Shown here: one piece after another, positions 9,309 to 20,222 of the stretch | Layout: the number at the start of each line of letters is the position of its first letter | How positions within the stretch are numbered: the first letter of the stretch is position 1 | Assembly (NCBI GenBank): GCA_905235065.1 | Contig: CAJOJR010000003.1 | Coordinates: forward strand, 1 to 63,249 | Length of the DNA stretch: 63,249 nucleotides | Source of the DNA: an uncultured Bacilli bacterium | GTDB taxonomy: Bacteria; Bacillota_I; Bacilli_A; RF39; UBA660 | Direction: 5' to 3' | Position numbers and translations under genes: made by a program | The notes under the pieces: model-generated | Told to the model about the DNA's origin: nothing | Databases searched by the model: none | Seen by the model: the letters and a program-made list of their open reading frames with translations, nothing else

Positions 9309-9785
9309 TTAGAATGGTAAATCATCATCTGTAATAGCGATTTCATTACCAAAATCTTTATATGGATCCCCATCAGGAACTTCAATTTCATTTGTTTGCA
9401 CGTCCATAGGAGCTTCTGGAATTTGATCCATGAAGTTAGTATCTGCTACATAATTAGAACTTCCATCTTTTTTACTACCTAAAAATTCTACTCTATCAGC
9501 TATTACATCTGTAACATATCTTTTAGTGCCATCTTGAGCATCATAACTTCTAGATTGTAATCTACCTTCTACACCTATTTGGCTACCTTTAAAACAATAC
9601 TTTGAAACATTTGCGGCTTGTTTTCCAAATACTGATACATTGAAGAAATCAGCATCATAATTTCCATCCTTATTCTTAAAAGTTCTAGTGACTGCTAATG
9701 AAAAAGATGCAACTGCAAGTCCACTACCTGTTGTTCTAAGCTCCGGATCCCTTGTTAATCTTCCTGTTAATAATACTTTATTCAT
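9309..9785 (-). CDS. ssb: single-stranded DNA-binding protein
   Basis: 158 aa. OB-fold N-terminus MNKVLLTGRLTRDPELR and an acidic tail ending DDDLPF. Confidence 0.95.
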   Translation of the reverse strand: MNKVLLTGRLTRDPELRTTGSGLAVASFSLAVTRTFKNKDGNYDADFFNVSVFGKQAANVSKYCFKGSQIGVEGRLQSRSYDAQDGTKRYVTDVIADRVEFLGSKKDGSSNYVADTNFMDQIPEAPMDVQTNEIEVPDGDPYKDFGNEIAITDDDLPF

Positions 9786-9786
9786 A

Positions 9787-10074
9787 TTACTCCTCTTCTT
9801 TAACTATTAAATGTCTTAAAATTCTTTCATCAATTCTCATTCTTCTATCAAGTTCTGCAATTGTGTTAGCATTGCATTCAGCGTTAATAAGATAGTAATA
9901 TCCTCTAACTTCTTTCTTGATAGGATGAGCAAATTTTCTAGAACCCAAATCTTTTAAACTAACAGATTTAGCTTTAACATCTTTTAATAAAGATTCATAT
10001 GTTTTAGCAGCATCTTTAACATCTTTTTCTTCTAAATCAGCTTTAACTATAAACATAATTTCATATTTGTTCAT
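9787..10074 (-). CDS. rpsF: 30S ribosomal protein S6
   Basis: 95 aa starting MNKYEIMFIV. Lies in the conserved rpsF-ssb-rpsR order. The upstream leader contains two hairpins (possible S6:S18 autoregulatory leader, not verified). Confidence 0.93.
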   Translation of the reverse strand: MNKYEIMFIVKADLEEKDVKDAAKTYESLLKDVKAKSVSLKDLGSRKFAHPIKKEVRGYYYLINAECNANTIAELDRRMRIDERILRHLIVKEEE

Positions 10075-10189
10075 TTTTACACCTCCTTTTGGTCTAACGG
10101 CTTTATTAAATAAAGCAAGGAACTTTTAAAGTTCACACGTATTATAGCAAATTAAAAGTATAATGTAAATAATTATACTTTTAAAAAAT

Positions 10190-10855
10190 TTATTTATTAT
10201 TTAATGCTTTTAATCTATCATACCAAATACATTGAGCAGTACTCATATAAGGTATTACATATATTGCAGCAATACCTAAAGTAATACCACATAATAATAT
10301 CCATCCGATAAAACTTAATCCGAATACAAAGTATTCCCACTTATGACCTTTCATCATTGCAGCACTATCTTTAATGATTTGCCACATATCAGTTCTACCA
10401 TCAGCTAATAGATAATAACACATACTTAGCATTAAAGCTACTATAATTCCAGGAATTACTAATAATATCATTCCTGCACCTACAAATATACCAACTAATA
10501 AAGTTACTACAAATATAGGAAGGAAATTTTTATAGAAACCAAATATATCTTTGATTTCAGGTTTTTCACCTCTTGAGAATTTTAAGATATATGCTACAAC
10601 ACCAATTGTTAATGGCATTAATAATATATTAGCTAGTGTACTAACAAGTTGACTTGCGCTACTAAATTCTGGCATTTTTCCGGTTTCCATATAAACTTGT
10701 AACATATCTGATGTAACAGGAGAAGGGAATATTGCTGATAAAATTGCGCTAACACCACCACTAATTAATCCAACTAACAATATAGCTTTCCAAATTGTCC
10801 ATAAATTACCCTTAATCTTAGTTTTAGCTTCTTGTTTAATTGCTTTTCTATCCAT
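10190..10855 (-). CDS. DUF975-family integral membrane protein
   Basis: 221 aa. N-terminus RKAIKQEAKTKIKGNLW followed by multiple TM helices, typical of DUF975. Confidence 0.65.
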   Translation of the reverse strand: MDRKAIKQEAKTKIKGNLWTIWKAILLVGLISGGVSAILSAIFPSPVTSDMLQVYMETGKMPEFSSASQLVSTLANILLMPLTIGVVAYILKFSRGEKPEIKDIFGFYKNFLPIFVVTLLVGIFVGAGMILLVIPGIIVALMLSMCYYLLADGRTDMWQIIKDSAAMMKGHKWEYFVFGLSFIGWILLCGITLGIAAIYVIPYMSTAQCIWYDRLKALNNK

Positions 10856-10875
10856 ACTACACCTCCTTCCTCTAT

Positions 10876-11976
10876 TTAAACATTGAATCTAAAGTAACAA
10901 ATATCTCCATCTTGCATAAGATATTCTTTACCTTCTATTCTAGTTTTGCCAGCTTCTTTAACCTTCAATTCACTGCCATAATTTAACAAGTCTTCGTAAG
11001 ACATAACTTCAGCTTTAATAAATCCTCTTTGAAAATCAGTATGAATTATGCCAGCACACTCAGGTGCTTTCATACCATCTTTAAATGTCCAGGCCCTAAC
11101 TTCATCTTTTCCAACTGTAAAAAAGGTTTTAAGTCCTAATAATTTATAAGTAACTTGAATTAATCTATCAAGTCCACTCATTTCAATACCTAAATCTTTT
11201 AAAAATTTATCTTTTTCTTCATCATTTAAATCTATTAATTCACTTTCAATTTTAGCACACATTGGTATTACAGGTACTTTCTCCTTTGAAGAAATATTTA
11301 TAAGTTCATTTAAGAATTTATTATCATTACCCATTAAGTCATCTTCTGATATATTAGCTAAGTAAATTAATGGTTTTAATGATATAAAATTAAATGTTTT
11401 AAGAACTAATAGTTCCTTATCATCGAATGTACCTAATCTTAAAGGAATTTCTTTATCAAGTAAACTTTTAGCCTTCTCTAATGTTGCTAATTCAAATAGA
11501 TCATCTTTATTATTAGTTGTATGAGCTTTCTTTTCGATTTTTGATATTCTATTTTCAATAATTTCTAAGTCGCTCATAATTAATTCTATATTAATAATAT
11601 CTATGTCCCTCAAAGGATTAACTTCACCCTCGACATGTATAATATTTTTATCCTCAAAGCATCTTATAACATGAACAATCGCATCTACCTCTCTTATATG
11701 AGATAAAAACTTATTGCCAAGTCCTTCACCTCTTGATGCTCCTTTTACTAGACCAGCTATATCAATAAACTCATATTGGGTTGGTATTAGCCTTTCTGGA
11801 TTATACATTTCATTTAATTTGTCTAATCTTTTGTCAGGAACAATCACTATTCCAACATTTGGATCAATAGTTGCGAACGGATAATTAGCCGCCAAAATAT
11901 TCTTCTTTGTAATTGCATTAAATAATGTGCTTTTTCCTACATTAGGAAGACCAATAATTCCAGCCTTTAATGCCAT
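10876..11976 (-). CDS. ychF: redox-regulated ribosome-binding ATPase YchF
   Basis: 366 aa with P-loop GLPNVGKSTLFNA, NKFLSHIREVDAI, and a C-terminal TGS-like region ...GDICYFRFNV. Confidence 0.95.
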   Translation of the reverse strand: MALKAGIIGLPNVGKSTLFNAITKKNILAANYPFATIDPNVGIVIVPDKRLDKLNEMYNPERLIPTQYEFIDIAGLVKGASRGEGLGNKFLSHIREVDAIVHVIRCFEDKNIIHVEGEVNPLRDIDIINIELIMSDLEIIENRISKIEKKAHTTNNKDDLFELATLEKAKSLLDKEIPLRLGTFDDKELLVLKTFNFISLKPLIYLANISEDDLMGNDNKFLNELINISSKEKVPVIPMCAKIESELIDLNDEEKDKFLKDLGIEMSGLDRLIQVTYKLLGLKTFFTVGKDEVRAWTFKDGMKAPECAGIIHTDFQRGFIKAEVMSYEDLLNYGSELKVKEAGKTRIEGKEYLMQDGDICYFRFNV

Positions 11977-11991
11977 AAAACATCACTCTTT

Positions 11992-13527
11992 CTATTTTAA
12001 ATTAAATGGAATAGTTGTAGTACCACCTATACCCAAAGGAATACCAGCTATGTACCATCCTACTAAAACTATAAACCATACCACAAATGTTGAAACACCA
12101 TACGGTATCATATATTTCATTCCCTTTGTAATTGTTATTGTTTCATTTTGACTATATTTTTCTAAGAATGCTATATATATAACAAAGTAAGCAAATAGCG
12201 GAGTTATACCATTAGTAATTGAATCTCCAGCATTAAATATCACTTGAGCAAACTCTGGAGATAAACTTGCATTCATAAACACAGGTACTGCAATTCCACT
12301 CATAACTGACCATTTTATTAATGGAGATGTGGAGAATAAATTACTTATCATAACTATTAATAAGAATACTATTATAAGTCCTATTCCAGTAAAATTATGT
12401 AATGTTAATATTTTAGTTAAAGCAGCAGTTATAACTATTCCAATATTTGTTTTCTTAAATATACTTATAAATAATGAAGCAAAGAATAGTAAAACTATTA
12501 TACTTCCAATTCCATCTAGAGAATGTGATAGGCCTTTAGTTAAATCTTTATTTGTTCTTATAGATTTAGTGACAAATCCATAAGATAATCCAATAAAGAA
12601 GAACCATAGAGTAATAATAAATACAAATCCCTTATTAAATAGTGAATTATCACCAAATATCATATCAATGTATCTTGCACCACTATGATCTAGTAATCCT
12701 CCAGATAATGGAAGACCAGGAATTATACTATAAATAACAATAATTAAATAAACAATTGCTACTAATATAGCTATTACTAATCCTCTTAAATCTTTATTTG
12801 TTATAATGTAACTTTCATCTTCTTCACTAAATTCATACTTAGGTAAAAGTGGCATAATTCTTTTTTCAGTAATCCTTGTAAATATAATTGATAAAGTAAT
12901 TAATACAACTAGCATAATTATTAAGGCAAAGAAATTACCTACTGTATATCCCAAATTAAGTAATTTAGCTGCATTTGTTGTTAACGCTAATAAACTACTA
13001 TCCATTGAAGATAAGAATATATTTACTCCATAACCGAAAGATAAAGCAGCAAAAGACGCTATTATTCCTCCAATTGGATTTCTTTTTCCATACTTAAATA
13101 GTAACGCAGAAACAGGTAACATTATTACAAATCCTATATCTCCAAATAACGAAAATAACATACTTATAAATATAACTAAAAATGTCACAGTGTTTTTAGA
13201 AGTTTTACGTGTTACCAATGTAAGTGCTGTTCTCATAAAACCTGACTTTTCTAATATTCCTATACCTATTAACGTAATTAATAACATTGATAATGGAACA
13301 AAAGATACAAAATCACTAACTGCATTAGTAACAATATATTTAAGACCTGATAAGCTAAATAAACTTTCAACTTCTACAACATTAGTTACAAGTTCATTAG
13401 TTATTGGGTTAACTGTTTGATAATCTGTTTGTACATGTATAATTGATAGTATCCCACTTAGTACTATTGTAATCGCAGAAAGTACTATAAAACTAAGCAT
13501 TGGACTTAATACAAATTTCTTCTTCAT
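11992..13527 (-). CDS. AbgT-family (p-aminobenzoyl-glutamate type) transporter
   Basis: 511 aa and polytopic. The N-terminal region ...SPMLSFIVLSAITIVLSGILS...LFSLSGLKYIVTNAV and the overall length match the AbgT family from memory. Confidence 0.7.
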   Translation of the reverse strand: MKKKFVLSPMLSFIVLSAITIVLSGILSIIHVQTDYQTVNPITNELVTNVVEVESLFSLSGLKYIVTNAVSDFVSFVPLSMLLITLIGIGILEKSGFMRTALTLVTRKTSKNTVTFLVIFISMLFSLFGDIGFVIMLPVSALLFKYGKRNPIGGIIASFAALSFGYGVNIFLSSMDSSLLALTTNAAKLLNLGYTVGNFFALIIMLVVLITLSIIFTRITEKRIMPLLPKYEFSEEDESYIITNKDLRGLVIAILVAIVYLIIVIYSIIPGLPLSGGLLDHSGARYIDMIFGDNSLFNKGFVFIITLWFFFIGLSYGFVTKSIRTNKDLTKGLSHSLDGIGSIIVLLFFASLFISIFKKTNIGIVITAALTKILTLHNFTGIGLIIVFLLIVMISNLFSTSPLIKWSVMSGIAVPVFMNASLSPEFAQVIFNAGDSITNGITPLFAYFVIYIAFLEKYSQNETITITKGMKYMIPYGVSTFVVWFIVLVGWYIAGIPLGIGGTTTIPFNLK

Positions 13528-13724
13528 TATTCCTCCACTTTCTTCAATTTTTTTTCAAATTCTATTCTTTCCATCATTATGCTTCTTTTACAGTTGACAC
13601 ATTCAAGTTTAATATCAACCCCACATCTTGTAATTCGCCACAAATTAGTTTTACAAGCATGTGGTTTTTTCATAATAACTAAAGAATTTATATCATATTT
13701 TTTATTCATTATTAACATCCACAT
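13527..13724 (-). CDS. DUF951-family small zinc-ribbon-like protein
   Basis: 65 aa with MKKPHACKTNLWRITRCGVDIKLECVNCKRSIMMER. Sits in the conserved position next to parB in Firmicutes. Confidence 0.7.
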   Translation of the reverse strand: MWMLIMNKKYDINSLVIMKKPHACKTNLWRITRCGVDIKLECVNCKRSIMMERIEFEKKLKKVEE

Positions 13725-14607
13725 CTATATTTAAAATATCTAATATTCTTTCTAAATCCTTTTCACTATCAAATGGAATTATAATAGATTTATTATTTAT
13801 TTTAACCATAGTCCCTATTTTATCTCTTAATATATCCTGAACAAAATTATATTTTGACTCAATTTTCTTTGATACCCTTGAAATAGGTTTTTGTCTTAAA
13901 TAATTAGGGTCACTCAATAATTCTTCTAATTTTCTAACTGATATATCCTCGTTTATAATTCTATTCGCCACTTCAACAATTTTATCTTTATCTTCAAGTT
14001 TGCTTAATACCCTTGCATGACCCATACTAATTTTTTTATCTAAAACCATTTTTTGTATAGATTTAGGTAAACGTAATAAACCTAGCATATTTGTTATATA
14101 ACTTCTACTTTTACCTATTCTTTTAGAGAATTCTTCTTGAGTTATTCCAAGAGAAGTTATTAAGTTTTTATAAGCTTCTGCTTCCTCTATAGGACTTAAA
14201 TCCTCCCTTTGAATATTTTCAAGCAAAGCTATTTGCATCATTTCTTCATCTGTGAATTCTTTAATAATTGCTGGAATTGTCTTCTTATCAGCCATTAAAG
14301 ACGCTTTTACCCTTCTTTCACCAGCAATTATTTCATAACCCTTGATACTTTTCTTAACAATAATAGGTTGAATCACACCAAATTCTTTAATTGAATCAGA
14401 TAATTCCTTAAGCTTTTCTTCATCAAATACTTGTCTTGGTTGATATGGATTACTTCTAAGTTCACTTAAGTCAAGTTGAACTATATCATTTTTATTTGTA
14501 GTATCAAGTATATTTTTTTCTAATGATGAAATGTTAATAACTTCATTAGAAAATAACTGTTCTAAACCTCTTCCTAATGCTTGTCTTTTATTTTCCATTT
14601 CTTTCAA
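13702..14607 (-). CDS. spo0J: chromosome partitioning protein ParB/Spo0J
   Basis: 301 aa with the ParB box IIAGERRVKAS. The HTH SRSYITNMLGLLRLP plus MGHAR is of the Spo0J (parS-binding) type. Overlaps soj by 20 nt. Confidence 0.9.
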   Translation of the reverse strand: MKEMENKRQALGRGLEQLFSNEVINISSLEKNILDTTNKNDIVQLDLSELRSNPYQPRQVFDEEKLKELSDSIKEFGVIQPIIVKKSIKGYEIIAGERRVKASLMADKKTIPAIIKEFTDEEMMQIALLENIQREDLSPIEEAEAYKNLITSLGITQEEFSKRIGKSRSYITNMLGLLRLPKSIQKMVLDKKISMGHARVLSKLEDKDKIVEVANRIINEDISVRKLEELLSDPNYLRQKPISRVSKKIESKYNFVQDILRDKIGTMVKINNKSIIIPFDSEKDLERILDILNIDVDVNNE

Positions 14608-15373
14608 TCACCTCTTTCGCTAAATTTAAATAAGCAAGTGCTCCTTTACATTTAGGATCATATTCTATTATTGGTTTTCCATGAGATGGCGCTTCTACAA
14701 GTCTTACAAGTCTAGGTATTATTGTATCAAAAACTTTATCTTTAAAGAACTTTCTTAACTCTTCAACAACCTGAAGTCCAAGTAATGTTCTTCCATCCAA
14801 CATAGTTAATAACACCCCTTCAATATCTAATCCCGGATTAATTTTAGTTTGAGTAAGGATAATAGTATTAAGAAGTTGTGTAACACCTTCCAATGCATAA
14901 TATTCACATTGAACAGGAATTAAAACAGAATTAGATGCAGCTAAAGCATTTGTTGTTAAAAGTCCTAAATTAGGAGGACAATCAATAATTATATAGTCAT
15001 ATCTATCTCTTATTCTATCTATTTGCTTTTTCAATTGATCACTTATCTTTAAATCGCTTTGTACCATACTTTTTTGAACAAGTTCAATATCAGTTCCAGC
15101 TAAACTTATATGAGAAGGAACAACACTTAAATTTTTAAATGGGGTTTTTATTATAGCATCTTCTATATTAACATCACCCATAATAACATTATAAGCACTT
15201 TTACTAACCTCTAATTTATTAACTCCAAGCCCAGTTGTTGAATTGCTTTGAGGATCTAAATCTATCAGCAAAACCTTTTTATCTAAATGGCCTAAAGAAC
15301 TAGACAAGTTTATACTTGTTGTTGTTTTTCCGACTCCACCTTTTTGATTAACCAAAGAAATAACCTTACCCAT
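14588..15373 (-). CDS. soj: chromosome partitioning ATPase ParA/Soj
   Basis: Deviant Walker A NQKGGVGKTT. The start is set to the ATG at 15371-15373 (MGKVISLV..., with GAGG RBS). The 33-codon N-terminal extension in the ORF track has no homology. Confidence 0.9.
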   Translation of the reverse strand: MGKVISLVNQKGGVGKTTTSINLSSSLGHLDKKVLLIDLDPQSNSTTGLGVNKLEVSKSAYNVIMGDVNIEDAIIKTPFKNLSVVPSHISLAGTDIELVQKSMVQSDLKISDQLKKQIDRIRDRYDYIIIDCPPNLGLLTTNALAASNSVLIPVQCEYYALEGVTQLLNTIILTQTKINPGLDIEGVLLTMLDGRTLLGLQVVEELRKFFKDKVFDTIIPRLVRLVEAPSHGKPIIEYDPKCKGALAYLNLAKEVIERNGK

Positions 15374-15463
15374 TTCTTTATACCTCACTTCATAATATAT
15401 TTTAACACACAAGACATATTTTTTAAAGAAATAATACAAAAAATATGATATAATTTTTCTTGG

Positions 15464-16639
15464 GTGAAACAAATGGATTTTATAAAAAAAGATTGGAAAA
15501 CTTACCTAATAGTTATAGTGATTTCTATTATAGTTATAGCGATAGGAAGAGATATATGTTCATATAAAGTTGATAGTAAATATGATCTTGATTATTATTC
15601 TGCTAAAGTATTAACAATTAATAGAATAGAAGAACTACATAATGAAAGCAATGATAGAAAAATATACTTCACAGCTAAAGTATTAGATGGCCCTTATAAA
15701 AAACAAATAGTTAATGCCTTCCAAAAAGTAGAAAATACTGACGCATATAAAGTGAGAGATGTTAAAGAGAATGATAAAATAGTTATCATACCTGCTAAGA
15801 CAGTAGGTTTTGCTGAACAAGGTATTGGTGATGATGCACTATGGACATTTTCACTTTTCAAGACAAGCAACTATCTAATAATTCTAGTTATATTATTCTT
15901 GCTTATGATAATAGTAATTGGTAAATGGAAAGGGATAAATACAATACTTGCTCTTACAATTACTACTTTATTAATATTACTTGTATTTATTCCATCTGTA
16001 TTAAAAGGATATAATATTTATGTATCAACACTTCTATGTTCAATTTATATAATAATAAGTAGTTTACTTTTAATAAATGGATTTAATAAGAAAACATTAT
16101 GTGCAATTGTAGGAAATATATTTGGTATTTTAGTAGCAGCAATACTCGCACTTATAATGAACAAAGTTTTAAACATAAATGGTCTTATTAATGAAAACTA
16201 TATATATCTATCCCTTGTTAATCCAGAACATCCTATAGATCTAAGAGCAATGATTTGGTCAGGCATTATTATTGGCTCACTTGGAGCTATAATGGATGTT
16301 GCAATGGCTATCGCTTCTTCAATGCATGAACTTAATGAGAAAATGAAAGACAAAAGTTTTAAAAGTATGTTTGTATCTGGTATGAATATTGGCAAAGATT
16401 CAATAGGAACAATGGCTAATACACTTATACTTGCATATATTGGATGTTCAATGTCTACTGTACTATTATTATTCTCATATAACAAAAATCTTTTATATTT
16501 ATTCAACATAGAAGCAATAATAATAGAAGTGCTTCAAGCAATTATAGGAAGTATAGGAATACTATTTACAGTTCCATTAACCGCAGTATTTAGTGCTTGG
16601 ATATTTAATAGAAAAACAAAAAAGAATCAATTAATTTGA
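15464..16639 (+). CDS. YibE/F-family membrane protein
   Basis: 391 aa and polytopic, with GAIMDVAMAIASSMHEL typical of YibE/F. GTG at 15464 or ATG at 15473. The extended -10 TGATATAAT (15446-15454) lies only about 10 nt upstream, so the leader is very short. Confidence 0.7.
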   Translation: MKQMDFIKKDWKTYLIVIVISIIVIAIGRDICSYKVDSKYDLDYYSAKVLTINRIEELHNESNDRKIYFTAKVLDGPYKKQIVNAFQKVENTDAYKVRDVKENDKIVIIPAKTVGFAEQGIGDDALWTFSLFKTSNYLIILVILFLLMIIVIGKWKGINTILALTITTLLILLVFIPSVLKGYNIYVSTLLCSIYIIISSLLLINGFNKKTLCAIVGNIFGILVAAILALIMNKVLNINGLINENYIYLSLVNPEHPIDLRAMIWSGIIIGSLGAIMDVAMAIASSMHELNEKMKDKSFKSMFVSGMNIGKDSIGTMANTLILAYIGCSMSTVLLLFSYNKNLLYLFNIEAIIIEVLQAIIGSIGILFTVPLTAVFSAWIFNRKTKKNQLI

Positions 16640-16648
16640 TTCTTTTTT
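16616..16648. terminator. bidirectional terminator between the yibE/F-like gene and ftsH
   Basis: AAAGAATCAA-ttaat-TTGATTCTTT flanked by an A-run and a T-run. Confidence 0.7.
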
Positions 16649-16652
16649 AGTT

Positions 16653-18500
16653 TTACTCTTTTTTTGTATCTTCAACAATTTTTTCAATTTCTTCTTTAGT
16701 TAGTGTTTCTTTTTCATATAGAACATTAGCTAAAGCTTCTACTAATTTTTTATTACCTTTTAAAATCTCTTTAGATTTCTCATAGCAACTTTCTACTATT
16801 TTTTTAACCTCACTATCGATTTCTAGTGCAACTTGATCTGAGAAGTTTCTTGATTTAGTATAATCTCTTCCTAGGAACACATCTTCTGATTTATGCTCAT
16901 ATTGAACTGGTCCAAGATCACTCATTCCATATTCAGTAACCATACTTCTTGCGATTTTAGTTGCTCTTTTTATGTCATCAGAAGCACCAGTACTTATTTC
17001 TCCTAAAAATAATTCTTCACTAACTCTTCCAGATAATAAAGTTGTTATTTGTTCTAATAATTCATCTTTAGTATAAACTAATGTTTTTTCTTCTTTTGGA
17101 AGCATTTGTGTATATCCACCAGCCATACCTCTAGGTATAATTGTTATTTTATGAACTTCTTCACCTTTTGGAAGAATTATACCAGCAACTGCATGACCTG
17201 CTTCGTGGAAAGATACAACTTTCTTTTCAAAATCCGTGACTTTTCTACTTTTTTTAGCTGGTCCCATTAAAACTCTATCACTTGCTTCATCAATTTCTTC
17301 CATTGTAATAGAACTTTTATTTCTTCTAACTGCAAGTAAAGCAGCTTCATTAAGCAAGTTTTCTAAGTCAGCTCCTGAATATCCAGGAGTTCTTTCAGCT
17401 ACTCTTTCAAGAGATACTGTTTCATCTAATACTTTACCTTTGGCATGAACATTTAATATATCTTGTCTTTCCCTAACGTCTGGTAAATTTACCGTAACTT
17501 GTCTATCAAATCTACCTGGTCTTAATAATGCTGGATCAAGTACATCTGGTCTATTTGTAGCAGCTATTATGATTATTCCTTCATTAGCTCCAAAACCATC
17601 CATTTCAGTTAATAATTGATTAAGAGTTTGTTCTCTTTCATCATGTCCACCGCCAAGGCCTGTTCCTCTTTGTCTACCAACCGCATCAATTTCATCGATA
17701 AATATTAAGCAAGGCGCTGTTGCTTTTGCTTGTTTAAACATGTCTCTAACACGTGAGGCACCAACACCAACAAATAATTCTACAAAGTCAGATCCACTAA
17801 TATAATAGAAAGGTACTTTTGCTTCACCGGCTACTGCTCTAGCAAGTAAAGTTTTACCAGTTCCTGGAGGACCTACTAATAAAACACCTTTAGGAATTCT
17901 TGCGCCTAATTTTTGAAATTTCTTTGGATTTTTTAAGAAATCAATTAATTCTTGAACTTCTTCTTTTTCTTCTTTTAAACCAGCTACGTTAGCAAATGTT
18001 GTTTTTCCACCATCATCTGATAATTTAGCTTTGCTTCTTCCAAAATCAAACGTTCCTTTTCCATTACTTCCTAATTTAGAGAATAAAAAGAACATTGCAC
18101 CTAATAAAAGTAAAGTAGGAACAACATTAACTAATATTAATAACCATGAACTGTTTTCAGGATTACTTTTAGTTGTCACTTTTAAATTTTGGCTATCTGC
18201 TAAACTCAAAACATTTTCCATTACTGAATCAGTTAAAGGAACTACAACTCTAAAAGATTCTCCGTCTTTATAATCCTTTAATTCACCACTTAATACATAA
18301 ACTCCATCTCCACTTTTTGGAGTTATATTCAATTTTTCAACTTTTTTCTCAGTTAAATTTGAAATAAATTCATTATAATCCATATCATGAACTTCTGTTT
18401 TCAAATTTCTAAAAAATAATAAAGTTGAAATCATTACCACAACTAATAAAACATAAGGTAATATGTTCTTAAATAAATTGTTTTTTCGCTGTATAATCAT
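16653..18500 (-). CDS. ftsH: ATP-dependent zinc metalloprotease FtsH
   Basis: 615 aa with Walker [12 protein letters not shown], Walker [10 protein letters not shown]-like ([11 protein letters not shown]), and the zinc site HEAGHAV. Confidence 0.97.
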   Translation of the reverse strand: MIIQRKNNLFKNILPYVLLVVVMISTLLFFRNLKTEVHDMDYNEFISNLTEKKVEKLNITPKSGDGVYVLSGELKDYKDGESFRVVVPLTDSVMENVLSLADSQNLKVTTKSNPENSSWLLILVNVVPTLLLLGAMFFLFSKLGSNGKGTFDFGRSKAKLSDDGGKTTFANVAGLKEEKEEVQELIDFLKNPKKFQKLGARIPKGVLLVGPPGTGKTLLARAVAGEAKVPFYYISGSDFVELFVGVGASRVRDMFKQAKATAPCLIFIDEIDAVGRQRGTGLGGGHDEREQTLNQLLTEMDGFGANEGIIIIAATNRPDVLDPALLRPGRFDRQVTVNLPDVRERQDILNVHAKGKVLDETVSLERVAERTPGYSGADLENLLNEAALLAVRRNKSSITMEEIDEASDRVLMGPAKKSRKVTDFEKKVVSFHEAGHAVAGIILPKGEEVHKITIIPRGMAGGYTQMLPKEEKTLVYTKDELLEQITTLLSGRVSEELFLGEISTGASDDIKRATKIARSMVTEYGMSDLGPVQYEHKSEDVFLGRDYTKSRNFSDQVALEIDSEVKKIVESCYEKSKEILKGNKKLVEALANVLYEKETLTKEEIEKIVEDTKKE

Positions 18501-18510
18501 TTTTCCTCCT

Positions 18511-19836
18511 TTAATAATACCTTAATACAATATCATACTCTTCGTTTTTATCTTTGTCAAACTTAGATTTTCTAAGTCCTGGTATCCAAACAATATTTTC
18601 ATTTGCATCTAAAACTACTGGCCATATTTTTCTATCCTTTAAAGGTATCTTTTCATCTATAAATATATCATTTAATTTCTTAGTACCAGTCATTTTTTTA
18701 ACGTTAATTTTATCACCATTTTTTCTAGTTCTTACATGTAACGGCAAAGTAACTTCTTTTGAAGAAAGTCTAGTAGCAAAGTTATTAGTCCATTCTGTAT
18801 TTTTGACAACCTCAATATTTTTACCAGTAGGTAAATTAACAATATCATTTATTTCTATTTCATAAACTTCTTCCTCTGGCTCATTAAAATCAAATGTAAC
18901 ATTATTATATGTTTTAGTACAAATTACATTATTTGGTAAATGTACTGTCATATTTGGTTTGTTTGAATTAATCAAATTTAAAATAAGCGTTACGTGAATG
19001 TCACCAATTATTAATAAATCATCTCCATATATTGTTTCCAATATTGAATAAATTATTTTAGTTTGAATAACTTTATCTAATTCTTTAAACCTTTCGGTAT
19101 CTAATACCCCTTCTTTTAATACTTTGTTTTTCAAATTATTCATTTCTTTATCTATATATGCATTATTTTCAAGTAATATTTCACTAAATTTTAAAAACTT
19201 TAAATGCACATTAGGATTTTCACTCTTTAGAAAAGGTAAAACATATTTCCTATACCTGTTTCTTGTGTGAATATCATCAAAATTAGTTTTATCTATTACA
19301 TACTCTATTCCATTTTCTTTATCAAAATTCTCTATTTGTTCTTTAGTGACAGTAATCAATGGTCTTAGTATCTTATATCCATCTTTATCAACTATTCTAG
19401 AAAAACCACTATAACCTTTTAAAGATGAACCTCTAACAATTCTCATAAGTATTGTTTCGATTAGATCATCTCCATGATGAGCAGTTAATAAAAATTTAGC
19501 ATTATATTCTTTTACTAATTTATCAAAATAGTTATATCTTATAGTTCTAGCTTCATTTTCAAAATTATCATCACCATAAGTCTCTATTTTCATATATTTG
19601 AAATAAATACCTTCTGATTCACAAAATTTCTCTAAGAACTTTCTTTCATCCTCGCTTTCAACTCTTACATTATGATCTACATGAGCACAAACTAAGAATA
19701 AATCTAATTCCTTTCTTAATTTATTCATCAAGTATAAGAGTGCCATTGAATCAGGTCCACCTGAAACTCCAACAACTACTGTATCATTTTGTTTTATTCC
19801 GCTTTTATTTATTAAAAAATCATAAACTTCTTCCAT
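18511..19836 (-). CDS. tilS: tRNA(Ile)-lysidine synthetase
   Basis: 441 aa with the PP-loop VGVSGGPDSMAL and a C-terminal TilS substrate domain. Sits immediately upstream of ftsH with no hprT between them. Confidence 0.9.
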   Translation of the reverse strand: MEEVYDFLINKSGIKQNDTVVVGVSGGPDSMALLYLMNKLRKELDLFLVCAHVDHNVRVESEDERKFLEKFCESEGIYFKYMKIETYGDDNFENEARTIRYNYFDKLVKEYNAKFLLTAHHGDDLIETILMRIVRGSSLKGYSGFSRIVDKDGYKILRPLITVTKEQIENFDKENGIEYVIDKTNFDDIHTRNRYRKYVLPFLKSENPNVHLKFLKFSEILLENNAYIDKEMNNLKNKVLKEGVLDTERFKELDKVIQTKIIYSILETIYGDDLLIIGDIHVTLILNLINSNKPNMTVHLPNNVICTKTYNNVTFDFNEPEEEVYEIEINDIVNLPTGKNIEVVKNTEWTNNFATRLSSKEVTLPLHVRTRKNGDKINVKKMTGTKKLNDIFIDEKIPLKDRKIWPVVLDANENIVWIPGLRKSKFDKDKNEEYDIVLRYY

Positions 19837-19885
19837 AAAAACACCTTAATTTAATTCTATCAAAAAATAGCACTAAAGTATAGCG

Positions 19886-20173
19886 CTATTCTATTTTAAT
19901 AATTATTTCTCCATCTTTTGAATATAGGTATTTTTCTCTTGCATATCTTGCTATATATTCTGGATCTTGTAATTTTATTATTTCACTTTGTAATTTTTCC
20001 TCTTCTTTTAATTTTTCTTTATAAACAACATCAAGTTCTTCTTTGGATTTTATATTTTTTAATATCTGAATTCCATACTTAAAAACATTAGAAACAAATA
20101 ATACCAACAGTGGTATTAGTATTACTACCAATATTAATATTCGCCTTTTATCTTTCTTAGTAGCTTTTTTCAT
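19886..20173 (-). CDS. divIC: septum formation initiator (DivIC/FtsB family)
   Basis: 95 aa with a TM helix, a coiled coil and the C-terminal ...YIARYAREKYLYSKDGEIII motif. Lies in the yabP-yabQ-divIC synteny. Confidence 0.8.
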   Translation of the reverse strand: MKKATKKDKRRILILVVILIPLLVLFVSNVFKYGIQILKNIKSKEELDVVYKEKLKEEEKLQSEIIKLQDPEYIARYAREKYLYSKDGEIIIKIE

Positions 20174-20222
20174 ATAGCCTCCACTATACTTGAATTATAC
20201 CACATTTATAAGGCTATGAAAA

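Noticed and set aside
15461-15472. A GTGAAACA half-parS next to the soj/yibE divergent promoter region.
   Set aside because: Only one half-site is present, and the other half (TTTCTTGG) does not match.
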